Below are positions 51,916 to 61,934 of a stretch of DNA of 64,000 nucleotides, in pieces. Source of the stretch: Alphaproteobacteria bacterium (GTDB lineage: Bacteria; Pseudomonadota; Alphaproteobacteria; UBA828); NCBI GenBank assembly GCA_963422645.2, contig CAXXVO010000007.1:1-64000 (forward strand), written 5' to 3'. Both the position numbers and the translations under genes were made by a program. The notes under the pieces were generated by a model, which made no database searches, had not been told where the DNA came from, and saw only the letters and a program-made list of their open reading frames with translations. Position 1 is the first letter of the stretch. Each line of letters begins with the position of its first letter.

Positions 51916-53398
51916 ATGGCGTCCTCGAACATGCCGCTCGCACGCGGCCTGCCGGTCGTCGGCAGCGTGTTTGACATGGCGCGGGACATGCGCGCCTTCC
52001 TCACTGACAACTACCATGAGCTCGGGCCGGTCTACGGCATGCGCCTGCTCAACCGGCGCTTCACCGTGCTGGCGGGCGTGGAGGCCAACCGCTTCCTCGC
52101 CCGGCAGGGTACGAAGCACTTCCGCTCCTTCGAGTTCTGGAGCGGCTTCAACGCCTGGTTCGGCGCCGCGCGCTCCACGCTCAGCGCCGACGGGGCCGAG
52201 CACGCGGCCTTCCGGCGCACGTTGAAGCGCGGCTATTCGCGCGAGTACGCCGTGGAGCATATGGGCGGCATGATCGACATCGCGCGACGGGAGATCGCGG
52301 CGTGGCCGGCAGAACGTCCGATGGCTGCAGTGCCGGCGCTGCAACGGATCGTCACCGACCAGGTGGGCACGCTGGTGGCCGGCGTCTCGCCGCGTCCCTA
52401 CAACGACGACCTGGTCTGCTATGTCCACGGTCTGCTGTCCGCCACCGTCGTGCCGAGGCCCTACCTGCGCTGGTCGCCGCGTTTCCGCCGCGCCTCGGCG
52501 CAGGTGGACAAGCTCTATAACGAAGTCATCGAGTGCCATTCCGGCACGATGCGGGAGCGGCACGGCGCCGCGCCGGACTTGATCGACGACCTCTTGGACC
52601 TTCACGAAGAGGACCCGAAATTCTTCCCGGAGGCGGACCTGAAGATCGCGGCCATGGGCCCCTTCGTCGCGGCGCTGGACACGGTGGCTGGCACCTGCGC
52701 CTTCATGCTCTACGCCCTGCTCAGGAACCCGGACGTGCTGGAGAAGGTGCGCGAAGAGGCCGCCGCCCTCCTCAGCGGCGACGTGCCGGCCGGTCAGGCG
52801 CTGCGCGAGATGGACGCGATGCACCGTGCGGCCATGGAAACCATGCGGATGTATCCGGTCACGCCGCTCCTGGTCCGGACCGCCGCGAATTCCTTCGAGT
52901 TCGCGGGCCATCGCATCCCCGCCGGCGAGCAGGTGATGATCGCGACCGCGGTGCCGCACTACCTGCCGGAATTCTTCCCGGAGCCCGAGCGCTTCGACAT
53001 CGACCGCTACACGCCGGAGCGGGCGGAGCACAAGCAAGCCCTACGTCTACGCGCCCTTCGGCCTGGGCCCCCACCGCTGCCTCGGCAACGGCTTCGCCGA
53101 GGTGCAGATCGCCGCCACAATGGCGACCATCCTGCACGAGGTGGACCTCGACCCCGACAGGGCCGACTACAGCCTCAAGACCACCCAGATACCCCTTCCC
53201 GCGCCCGACGAATCCTTCAAGGTCCGCGTTAGGGCGCGGCGCGGCACCCCGCAGCCGCTTGCGGAACCCAAGCCCTGGGGCGCGCTCGGGGCGGTGCTCG
53301 GCGGCGCGCTCTGGGGCGCACTCGGCGCCGAAGCCGCGAGAGAGGCCTTTCGCTCGTTGACTCCCGCGCACCTCAGCCGGCGTCAGCTCAGCCGATAA
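51916..53398 (+). pseudogene. Cytochrome P450 with a +1 frameshift at about 53036
   Basis: ETMR (ExxR) and PERF are in frame 1; the heme motif FGLGPHRCLG is in a different frame after CAAGCAAGCCC. Confidence 0.88.
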
Positions 53399-54224
53399 GG
53401 GTGGCGTAGCGGTCGACGACCGGCATCACCCCGTCGCGCCCTTCCGGCGGCAGGATTAGCAGGGCACGGTCCATCCCGGCCTCCCGGCAGGCGTCCAGAT
53501 AGCCGGATTCAGGCGCGGCGCCGAAGACCGTGGCGGAGACCGTGGCCGGGTCGCGCCCGGCGCCTTCGGCGGCGGCGCGGAGCCTCGCCATGCCTTCGGC
53601 CGGATCGGGCAGCAGCGGGCCGCGCGGGAACCAGCCCGAGCAGAAATCCATCACGCGCCGCATGGTGTGCACGGTCTCGCCGCCCAGCAGAATCGGCGGA
53701 TGCGGCTTCTGCACAGGCTTCGGCCACGACCAGATGGGCTCGAAGGACGTGAACTCGCCCTCGTAGCTCGCCTCGTCCGCGGCCCAGATTGCCTGCATGG
53801 CCTTGACCCGGTCCTCCATGAGGCGAAAGCGGGTCTCGAAGCGGGTGCCGTGATGCTCCATCTCTTCGGCGTTCCAGCCCGCGCCGATACCGAAGTCGAA
53901 GCGCCCGCCGGAGACCAGATCGAGGCTCGCCACCGCCTTCGCGGTGACGATGGGGTCGCGCTCGGTGACCAGGCAAATGCCGGTGCCAAGGCGGAGCGTA
54001 CCGGTCACCGCCGCGGCCGCCGCCAGCCCCACGAAGGGGTCGAGCGTGTGGGAGTATTCCGGCGGCAGCTCCGCCCCGCCCCGCCAGGGCGAGCGCCGGC
54101 TGGTGGGGATGTGGGTGTGCTCGGGCACGAAGAGCGAGTCGAACCCCCGCTCCTCCAGCGCTGGCGCAAGCTCGGTGAGCGCAATGCAATAGTCGGTGGC
54201 GAAGATGGCGGCGCCGATCTTCAT
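53388..54224 (-). CDS. LLM-class (F420-dependent-like) oxidoreductase
   Basis: PEHTHIP, DPFVGLAAAA, SGGRFDFGIGAGWNAEEM, PKPVQKPHPP. Confidence 0.88.
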   Translation of the reverse strand: MKIGAAIFATDYCIALTELAPALEERGFDSLFVPEHTHIPTSRRSPWRGGAELPPEYSHTLDPFVGLAAAAAVTGTLRLGTGICLVTERDPIVTAKAVASLDLVSGGRFDFGIGAGWNAEEMEHHGTRFETRFRLMEDRVKAMQAIWAADEASYEGEFTSFEPIWSWPKPVQKPHPPILLGGETVHTMRRVMDFCSGWFPRGPLLPDPAEGMARLRAAAEGAGRDPATVSATVFGAAPESGYLDACREAGMDRALLILPPEGRDGVMPVVDRYATLIG

Positions 54225-54377
54225 GGCTCGATGCTCCGGGTGCGGTGTTCAATCGCGGCGCGTCTGGCGCGGCGCACGCTCTCACGCGCTACGGTGCGGC
54301 GCAACCGCCCGCCTTGACAAGGCGCGGGCACGCCCACAGCCTTCCCGCGCTGCCTCAGCCATCGCCCGAGTATCGCC

Positions 54378-55229
54378 ATGAACGAGGAGACTTCCGCCGC
54401 AAGCGCGGCGCCCTGGCAAAGCCCGACGCTGAGCCTCGACGGCCGGGTCGCGATCGTGGCCGGCGCCGGCCAGACGCCGGGACCGGTGATCGGCAACGGC
54501 CGGGCCACCTGCGTGCTCTTCGCCCGCGCCGGCGCGCACGTGGTGGCCCTCGACCGCGACCGCGCGTCCGCCGAGGAAACTGCCGCAACCATCAAGGCAG
54601 AGGGCGCCGCAGCCGAGGCGCTGGTCGCCGATGTCACGGACGAGCGCGCGCTGATCAAGGCCGTCCGCTCCGTCGTCGCCCGCCACGGGCGCATCGACGT
54701 GCTGCAGAACAACGTGGGCGTCGCCTATACCGGCGGGGATTCGCCGCTCGCGGACCTCGACGAGGCGAGCTTCGACCGGGTCATGGCGATCAACCTGCGC
54801 GGCACGGTGATGGCCTGCAAGCACGTGGTCCCGGTCATGCAGAGCCAGGGCAGCGGGGTGATCACCAACATCTCATCGATCGCCGCGGTGGTCGACTACA
54901 AGTCGGTCACCTACAAGACGAGCAAGGCAGGCATGATCGCCTTCTCCCGCCAGCTCGCGCTCGACTGCGCGCCCGACGGCGTGCGCGTGAACGCCATCCT
55001 GCCGGGATACATGGACACGCCCATGGCGGTGGACACGCAAGCCCGCCGCTACGGCAAGCCGCGCGAGGAGATCGCCGCCACCCGCGACACCTGGAGCCCG
55101 CTCAGGGGCGGCATGGGCAGCGCCTGGGACGTGGCCCAAGCCTCGCTCTTCCTCGCCTCCGACGCCGCCCGCTTCATCACCGGCGTGGCGCTCCCGGTGG
55201 ACGGCGGGGTCATGGCCCGGATCGGCTGA
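54378..55229 (+). CDS. Short-chain dehydrogenase/reductase
   Basis: GAG...GNG, NNVG, YKTSK, VNAILPG, VDGG. Confidence 0.92.
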   Translation: MNEETSAASAAPWQSPTLSLDGRVAIVAGAGQTPGPVIGNGRATCVLFARAGAHVVALDRDRASAEETAATIKAEGAAAEALVADVTDERALIKAVRSVVARHGRIDVLQNNVGVAYTGGDSPLADLDEASFDRVMAINLRGTVMACKHVVPVMQSQGSGVITNISSIAAVVDYKSVTYKTSKAGMIAFSRQLALDCAPDGVRVNAILPGYMDTPMAVDTQARRYGKPREEIAATRDTWSPLRGGMGSAWDVAQASLFLASDAARFITGVALPVDGGVMARIG

Positions 55230-55255
55230 CAGGTTCGTCTGACGCGCTCCTCCGC

Positions 55256-55933
55256 TCAGGCGTTCCAGATCGGATCCTTCAGCGTCGCGACGAAGGCGGC
55301 ATGGGCCGCCACCTCGGCCTCGGTCGGCGCGTGCGGGCGCGGCGGGCGGGCAGCACGGTCGGCGCGGGACGCGGGCGCGGCTCCAGGCGTGGGTACCGCG
55401 CGTTGCAGCTCGAGCCCGGGCTGACGGCCGCCGGTCAGTTCCAGATAGACCTCGGTCAGCAGCTCGGCGTCCAGCAGCGCGCCGTGCTTTTCCCGCATCG
55501 ACCGGTCGATCGCGAAGCGCTTGCAGAGTGCATCGAGGCTCGCCGGTGCGCCGGGAAACTTGCGCCTGGCGATCGCCAGTGTGTCCACTGTCCGCTCCAC
55601 CGGGATTGGCGGCTTGCCGATGCGCTCAAGCTCGGCATTGAGGAAGCCGAGGTCGAAGGGCGCGTTGTGCATGACCAGCTTGTCATCGCCGATGAAGTCG
55701 AGAATCGCGTCGACCTCCTCGGCGAAGCGCCGGTGCTTGGCGAGAAAATCCCGGGTGAGACCATGCACCCGCTCGGCGCCCTCCGGCATGTCGCGCTCGG
55801 GGTCGAGATAGCGCTGGAAACGCCGGCCCGAGGGGATGTGGTTGACAAGCTCGACCGCGCCGACCTCGACGATCCTGTGGCCCTCCGCCGGCTCCAGGCC
55901 GGTGGTCTCGGTATCGAGCACGACCTCACGCAT
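55256..55933 (-). CDS. dnaQ: DNA polymerase III epsilon subunit
   Basis: LDTETTG, HNAPFD, HGALLDAELL. Confidence 0.96.
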   Translation of the reverse strand: MREVVLDTETTGLEPAEGHRIVEVGAVELVNHIPSGRRFQRYLDPERDMPEGAERVHGLTRDFLAKHRRFAEEVDAILDFIGDDKLVMHNAPFDLGFLNAELERIGKPPIPVERTVDTLAIARRKFPGAPASLDALCKRFAIDRSMREKHGALLDAELLTEVYLELTGGRQPGLELQRAVPTPGAAPASRADRAARPPRPHAPTEAEVAAHAAFVATLKDPIWNA

Positions 55934-56594
55934 AGTCACCCTCCTGAACCGGCTTCAGCGCGCCCGCCCAGCACGCGGGCCAACACGTGCCGCGCTCTGC
56001 GGCAAGGCGGGCCGCGATCCGCCTTGCAGCCATTCGTGACACCCGCCGGTCGAGCCCGGTGCGGATCACGAAGTCCGCGCGCCGCCGCTTCTCGGCGTCC
56101 GGCATCTGGCGGGCGAGGATCGCGGCCAGGCGTTCCTCGGTCATCCGGGCCCGGCCCAGCACCCGTGCGCGCTGCACGAAATCCGGCGCCGAGACCACCA
56201 GAGTCGCATCGCAGTGCGTCTCGCCGCCGGTCTCGAAGAGCAGTGGCATGTCGAGGACCGCGAGGCGGCAGCCCCGTCGCTGGCTCGTCGCGAGGAAATG
56301 CCGCTCGCCCGCGCGGACCAGGGGATGGAGGATCGCCTCCAGCTCCGCCAGCGCCTCGGGGTCCGCGAAGACGCGCGCACCGAGCACCCGGCGATCAGCC
56401 GCGCGCGCTGCGCCCTCGCCCGATGCAGCATCGGGGAAGCGCGCGAGCACCGGCGCCACCGCGGTCCCGCCGGGCGCGAGCAGCCGGTGCACCGCCGCAT
56501 CGGCGTCGTAGACGGTGGCGCCGCACGCGCGCAAGGCGTTTGCCACGGTCGTCTTGCCCATGCCGATGGAGCCGCTAAGGCCAAGGATGACCAC
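55926..56594 (-). CDS. coaE: Dephospho-CoA kinase
   Basis: GLSGSIGMGKTT, DADAAVH, PLLFE. Confidence 0.95.
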   Translation of the reverse strand: MVILGLSGSIGMGKTTVANALRACGATVYDADAAVHRLLAPGGTAVAPVLARFPDAASGEGAARAADRRVLGARVFADPEALAELEAILHPLVRAGERHFLATSQRRGCRLAVLDMPLLFETGGETHCDATLVVSAPDFVQRARVLGRARMTEERLAAILARQMPDAEKRRRADFVIRTGLDRRVSRMAARRIAARLAAERGTCWPACWAGALKPVQEGDYA

Positions 56595-56606
56595 GGCCGC
56601 CCCCCT

Positions 56607-57446
56607 TCACAGCCCTTCGGCGGCGAAGCTGCGGAGTGCCTCCGTCGCCTCGGCCTCGCGGCCAAACCAGGCAGCGAAGCCTGGCCGCGCCTGATGGATC
56701 AACATGCCGAGCCCGTCCACCGCCACATGGCCGCGCGCCCGCGCCGCCTTCAGCAGCTCCGTCTCCAGCGGCGCGTAGACCAGGTCGTAGACCACCGCAT
56801 CGGCAGGCAGACGGTCGAGAGCGAGGTCGAGCCTGGGCTTGCCCACCTGGCCGAGCGTCGTGGTGTTGACGAGCAGCCCGCAGCCGTCGAGCGCTGCTTC
56901 CCTCTGCTCCCAAGGGAGCGGGTCGACTGCGTTGCCCGCTTCTTCGGCGAGCGCCGCCGCGCGTTCGCCCGAGCGGTTGAGCAGGCGCATTTCGGCGACG
57001 CCTGCGGTAGAGAGCGCATCTAACACCGCGCGCGCCGCGCCGCCGGCCCCCAGCACTGTGACCGGCGACGCAAGCTCCCAGCCTGGCGCTTCCTGGCGCA
57101 GGTGGCTGATGAAGCCGAAGCCATCGCTGTTGTCGCCGTGCAACGCACCGTCGTCCGCGACCGTCACGGTGTTCACCGCGCCGATCCGGCGCGCGCTCTC
57201 CGACAGCGAGTCCATGCGCGCGAGGGCGGCCTCCTTGTGCGGCGCGGTCAGGTTGCACCCACGAAATCCAAGAGCAGGCAGCGCAGCGAGGGCGGAGTCC
57301 AGAGCCTCGGGCCGCACCGCGAGCGGCAGGTAGGCGCCGTCGATCCCCTTCTCTTCGAGCCAGTAGCCGTGAATGCGCGGCGAGCGCGAGTGCGCCACCG
57401 GCCAGCCCATGACCCCGGCGAGCTGCGCCGCCCCGGTAAGGATCAT
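56607..57446 (-). CDS. aroE: Shikimate dehydrogenase
   Basis: GWPVAHSRSP, NLTAPHK, GAVNT, GAGGAARA, GLGMLIHQA. Confidence 0.96.
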   Translation of the reverse strand: MILTGAAQLAGVMGWPVAHSRSPRIHGYWLEEKGIDGAYLPLAVRPEALDSALAALPALGFRGCNLTAPHKEAALARMDSLSESARRIGAVNTVTVADDGALHGDNSDGFGFISHLRQEAPGWELASPVTVLGAGGAARAVLDALSTAGVAEMRLLNRSGERAAALAEEAGNAVDPLPWEQREAALDGCGLLVNTTTLGQVGKPRLDLALDRLPADAVVYDLVYAPLETELLKAARARGHVAVDGLGMLIHQARPGFAAWFGREAEATEALRSFAAEGL

Positions 57447-58084
57447 GTCTCCACCAGCCCGTGCTCGCGAAGGAAGCCAAGGAGCGGCAGAAGCGGCAGG
57501 CCCAGCACCGCAAACCAGTCGCCCTTGATTTCCGCGAGCAGCTGCCCGCCCATGCCCTCCGCCTCGTAGCCGCCGACGCAGGCGAGAATCCCGTCTCCCG
57601 CCTGCTCCAGATAGCGCTCCAGGAAAGCGTCCGAGAAAGGCCGCATCGTGAGTTGCGGACACACCACCTCGCCCCAGATTTCGGCCTCGTCGCGGACCAC
57701 GGAGACCGCTGTCACCAGCGTGTGCTGGCGGCCCCGGAGCCGCTGGAGCTGCCCCCGCGCGTCGTCGACACCCATGGGCTTGTCGAACCACTCGTCGCCG
57801 CAGACGAGGAGCTGGTCGGCGCCGATGACGAAGGCGCTTGGCGCGCCCGTGCTGACCCGCCGGGCTTTGAGCGCGGCGAGCGCCCGTGCGGTCTCTCGAC
57901 CCTCGGGGTCCTCGGCCCGCATGGCGTCCTTGACCGCGCCTTCGTCCACCCGCGCCGGCTGGACCGAAAAGGAGAGGCCAACGGCGCGCAGCATCGCGGC
58001 GCGCACGGCCGCCTGAGAGGCGAGCACTAGATGCCGGTCGCCAGCCTCTCCGTGCGAGGCTGGGCCACCCTCAGCCATTGCCAT
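57443..58084 (-). CDS. maf: Maf family nucleotide pyrophosphatase
   Basis: LVLASQ, IGADQ, FDKP, LGLPL. Confidence 0.9.
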   Translation of the reverse strand: MAMAEGGPASHGEAGDRHLVLASQAAVRAAMLRAVGLSFSVQPARVDEGAVKDAMRAEDPEGRETARALAALKARRVSTGAPSAFVIGADQLLVCGDEWFDKPMGVDDARGQLQRLRGRQHTLVTAVSVVRDEAEIWGEVVCPQLTMRPFSDAFLERYLEQAGDGILACVGGYEAEGMGGQLLAEIKGDWFAVLGLPLLPLLGFLREHGLVET

Positions 58085-58156
58085 GGATTCGCTTTCCTGT
58101 CCCGGCTCGCCCGCGCGATGCTGAAGAATATACGCTTCCCGCGCCGCGCCAACCGC

Positions 58157-58972
58157 TCAGCCCGAAAGCGCGCGGCGGTCGTGCAGCTGCAGGATTGCGG
58201 CGGTGGTCTCCTCGATCGAGCGGTCGGTCACGTCGATGACCGGCCATGCGGCCTCGGCAAAGAGCCGCCTGGCCTGCCGCACCTCCTCCTCCACCTGCAG
58301 CGGGTCCACGTAGGCGGTCTCTCCGACATCGCCGATCATGCGCATGCGGCTGCGCCGAATGTCGATCAAGTGCTCCGGGTGACACGTGAGGCCCACCACC
58401 AGCGCACCCCTCAGCGCCGGGAGTTCGGGCGGCAGCGGACAACCGGGCACCATCGGCACATTGGCCGCCTTGAGGCCGCGATTGGCCAGGTAGAAGCAGG
58501 TCGGGGTCTTCGAGGTCCGCGAGACGCCGACGAGCACGATGTCCGCCTCGCGCAGCGACGCCGGCGAGTGTCCGTCGTCATGGGCGAGCGCATAGTTCAT
58601 CGCCTCGATGCGCTTGAGATAGGCCGCGTCCATGACATGCTGTCGGCCCGGCTGATTGCGGCTCTCGACGCCGAGAAATGCGCTCAATGCCGTAATCGCC
58701 GCGTCGAGGAGCGGGATGCAGGGCACCGCGAGGCGCCGGCATTGCACGTCCAGGAGGATACGGAGTTGCGGATCGACGAGGGTGTACATCACCACGCCGG
58801 GCTCAGTCTCCACATGCGTGAGCACGCGGCGCAACTGACTCTCAGTTCGCACCAGAGACCACAGGTGCTCGACCGCATCCACGCCCTGAAACTGCGCCGC
58901 CGCCGCGCGCGCGATCGTGATGCAGGTCTCGCCGGTAGCATCTGAGACCAGATGCAGATGAAACCTTGGCAT
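58157..58972 (-). CDS. PEP synthase/PPDK regulatory kinase-pyrophosphorylase (DUF299)
   Basis: HLVSDATGET, HDDG, GVSRTSKTPT, SIEET. Confidence 0.93.
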   Translation of the reverse strand: MPRFHLHLVSDATGETCITIARAAAAQFQGVDAVEHLWSLVRTESQLRRVLTHVETEPGVVMYTLVDPQLRILLDVQCRRLAVPCIPLLDAAITALSAFLGVESRNQPGRQHVMDAAYLKRIEAMNYALAHDDGHSPASLREADIVLVGVSRTSKTPTCFYLANRGLKAANVPMVPGCPLPPELPALRGALVVGLTCHPEHLIDIRRSRMRMIGDVGETAYVDPLQVEEEVRQARRLFAEAAWPVIDVTDRSIEETTAAILQLHDRRALSG

Positions 58973-59386
58973 GAGCTCGCCTGGACCCTCCGCGCTGCGC
59001 CCGCACGGGCACGATTCCTCAACACCCTCATGTGGGGAATCCGTGGGCAACCCCGCCCAGCCCGCAAGTCCCCAGCCTATCCCATCATCCATGTCACAGG
59101 ACAGCCACAGTGGGGATAACGCTCTTACGATCGGCCCTGTCAGGTGTCCTTCCACAGAATCCACATTTTCCCACGACCGCTGAAGGACCCGGACGTATTG
59201 GCCCTTCGTTGCTTTTTCACCTCGAGCCCTTCTGCGGCAAGATCCACCCGATGATTCACCGGACCCATGGGATGAACGCCACAATCCACTCCGCTACGCC
59301 AACAACATCATCCACCCTTACTTAACTTAAGACTCAATTAATGAAGATAGTCTGACGAAACCGGGGACAAGGGCCGACTCGCAATC
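58973..59386. other. Probable chromosomal replication origin (oriC)
   Basis: Position between DUF299 and hemE; several degenerate DnaA boxes; six GANTC sites; AT-rich patch with TTAA-N7-TTAA at 59327-59341. Confidence 0.8.
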
Positions 59387-60439
59387 GTGGACGCAGATAC
59401 CAAACCACTTCTCGCGGCACTTCGGGGAGAGGCACAACGGCCGCCGCCGCTCTGGCTGATGCGCCAGGCAGGGCGCTACTTGCCTGAGTATCGGGCGTTG
59501 CGGGCAAAGGCGGGATCCTTCCTCGACCTTTGCTATGACCCAGCGCTGGCGGCGGAGGCCACACTTCAACCTCTGCGTCGCTTCCCCCTCGACGGGATCA
59601 TCCTGTTCTCCGACATCCTGGTGGTGGCGGATGCGCTGGGCGTGAAGCTCTGGTTCGAGGAAGGCGAGGGACCGCGTCTTGAGCCAGTCCCGGAGGGCGG
59701 TCCCCTTCCCGAGTTCGATGCGGATCGGCAACGGCGCCATCTCGCGCCCGTCTACGAGGCGATGGAACGGGTCGTGGCGGCGGCGCCGGCCGAGGCGACG
59801 GTGCTGGGTTTCGCTGGGGCGCCGTGGACGCTTGCGACCTACATGGTCGGCGGCGGCCGGAGCCGGGATTTTGCCGCTACCAAGGGCTGGGCTTACCGCG
59901 ATCCCGGGAGCTTCGGTCACCTAATCGAGACGGTACGCGAGGCGGTGACGACGCACTTGATCGCCCAGCTCGACGCCGGCGCCGACGCGGTTCAGGTCTT
60001 TGACAGCTGGGCCGGAGCGCTGCCAGAGAGCGAGCTAGAAGGGTGGAGCATCGATCCCATCAAGCGGATCGTGGCCGACGTAAAGGCGGCGCACCCGGCG
60101 GCTCCCATCATCGGCTATCCGCGCGGCGTGGGCGTGCTCTACGAGCGCTTCGCGGCGGAGACCGGCGTGGACGCAGTCTCCATCGACAGCACCGTGCCGC
60201 TGGCCTGGGCGGCGTTAAGGCTGCAGCCGCACTGTACGGTGCAGGGCAACCTCGATCCGGTGGCGCTGCTGGCGGGCGGCGATGCGCTGCGTCACGCGGC
60301 CGGCCGTATTCTGGGAGCGCTCAGTCAGGGCCCCTTCGTGTTCAACCTGGGTGAAGGTGTGCTGCCCCGGACCCCGCCTGAGCATGTCGCGGAGCTTGCC
60401 GACCTCGTACACGCGTGGCCGGATGAGACCAGGCGATGA
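59387..60439 (+). CDS. hemE: Uroporphyrinogen decarboxylase
   Basis: WLMRQAGRYLPEY, FSDIL, QGNLDP. Confidence 0.96.
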   Translation: MDADTKPLLAALRGEAQRPPPLWLMRQAGRYLPEYRALRAKAGSFLDLCYDPALAAEATLQPLRRFPLDGIILFSDILVVADALGVKLWFEEGEGPRLEPVPEGGPLPEFDADRQRRHLAPVYEAMERVVAAAPAEATVLGFAGAPWTLATYMVGGGRSRDFAATKGWAYRDPGSFGHLIETVREAVTTHLIAQLDAGADAVQVFDSWAGALPESELEGWSIDPIKRIVADVKAAHPAAPIIGYPRGVGVLYERFAAETGVDAVSIDSTVPLAWAALRLQPHCTVQGNLDPVALLAGGDALRHAAGRILGALSQGPFVFNLGEGVLPRTPPEHVAELADLVHAWPDETRR

Positions 60440-61470
60440 GCCGCGTTGCGGTGGTTCTCATGAATCTCGGCGGCCCGGACTCTCTCGATGCCGTCGAACC
60501 CTATCTGCGCAATCTGTTCCGGGACCCGGCGATCATCGGCGCGCCGCGGCCGGTGCGCCGGCTGCTCGCGCGCCTGATCGCGAAGCGGCGCGGCCCCGAA
60601 GCCCGCGAAATTTACCGCTCGATCGGCGGCCGGTCGCCGCTGCTTGAGGAAAGCGAGGCGCAGGCGGCGGCCCTGCAGGCTGCTCTCGGCGATCTCGCTG
60701 AGGTCGAGGTCGCCATCGCGATGCGTTACTGGCACCCGATGAGCGGCGCTGCGGCGCAGCAGGTGGCTGCCTTCGGGCCGGAGCGGATCGTGCTTTTGCC
60801 CCTCTACCCGCAGTTCTCGACCACGACCGTGGCTTCGTCGCTGGCGGCTTGGCATTCGGCGGCCAGAGCCATCGGCATCGCCATACCGACGCAAGCCCTT
60901 TGCTGTTACCCGCGGGCGGACGGGCTGATAGCGGCTCATGCAGCGCTGATCGAGCCCCTGCTGGCGGCGGCGGCCGAGGCCGGGAAGCCGCGGCTTCTCT
61001 TCTCCGCCCATGGCCTGCCCAAGCGTGTGGTCGCCCGCGGCGATCCCTACCAGTGGCAGGTGGAGGAGACGGCGCGGTGCATCGTCGCCCGCCTCGGCCG
61101 CGACGGGCTGGATTGGACGGTCTGCTACCAGAGCAAGGTGGGGCCGCTCGCCTGGCTGGAGCCCGCCACTGTCGACGAGCTCGACCGCGCCGGGCGGGAC
61201 CGCGTACCCGTGGTCCTCGTGCCTATCGCCTTCGTTTCCGAGCACAGCGAGACCCTGGTGGAACTCGATGTCACCTATCGCGAGCACGCGGAGCGAGCCG
61301 GCGTACCCGCCTACCATCGCGTGCCCGCGCTCGGCACGCATCCGGCCTTCATCGAAGCACTTGCGAGGCTGGTGCGCCGCGCCCTGGATGGCGAGGCCTA
61401 TCTCGGCTCCGGCGAAGGCGGGCGGCTTTGCCCCGCGGCCCATGGCGGCTGCCCGCTGGCGGTGCGCTGA
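60436..61470 (+). CDS. hemH: Ferrochelatase
   Basis: NLGGP, LPLYPQFS, FSAHGLP, FVSEHSETL. Confidence 0.96.
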   Translation: MSRVAVVLMNLGGPDSLDAVEPYLRNLFRDPAIIGAPRPVRRLLARLIAKRRGPEAREIYRSIGGRSPLLEESEAQAAALQAALGDLAEVEVAIAMRYWHPMSGAAAQQVAAFGPERIVLLPLYPQFSTTTVASSLAAWHSAARAIGIAIPTQALCCYPRADGLIAAHAALIEPLLAAAAEAGKPRLLFSAHGLPKRVVARGDPYQWQVEETARCIVARLGRDGLDWTVCYQSKVGPLAWLEPATVDELDRAGRDRVPVVLVPIAFVSEHSETLVELDVTYREHAERAGVPAYHRVPALGTHPAFIEALARLVRRALDGEAYLGSGEGGRLCPAAHGGCPLAVR

Positions 61471-61913
61471 TGGCCGACGATCTCTATACCTGGCTGCGGG
61501 CGCTCCACGTGATCGCGGTGATCGCCTGGATGGCAGGGATGCTCTATCTGCCCCGGCTCTACGTCTATCACGCCGATGCCGAGCCGGGGTCGCAGCTGTC
61601 CGAAACCCTCAAGGTGATGGAGCACCGCCTGCTCCGGATCATCATCAACCCGGCCATGGTGGCGACTTTCGGCTTCGGCGGCGCCCTGCTGGCGCAGCCC
61701 GGCGGGGTCGACTGGTCCGGCGATATCTGGATCTACGTCAAGCTCGCCCTGGTGGCGCTGCTTGCGGCCTTCCACGGGCTGCTCGCGCGTTGGCGCCGCG
61801 ACTTCGCCGCCGACCGCAACCGCCGGAGCGCGCGCTTCTATCGCAGGGTGAACGAGGTGCCGACGCTCGCCATGATCGCTATTGTCATCATGGTCATCGT
61901 CAGGCCGTTCTGA
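61470..61913 (+). CDS. hemJ: Protoporphyrinogen oxidase HemJ
   Basis: HVIAVIAWMAGMLYLPRLYVYH, NEVPT. Confidence 0.93.
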   Translation: MADDLYTWLRALHVIAVIAWMAGMLYLPRLYVYHADAEPGSQLSETLKVMEHRLLRIIINPAMVATFGFGGALLAQPGGVDWSGDIWIYVKLALVALLAAFHGLLARWRRDFAADRNRRSARFYRRVNEVPTLAMIAIVIMVIVRPF

Positions 61914-61934
61914 GCCGGATTGGGAGCGAGAGGC

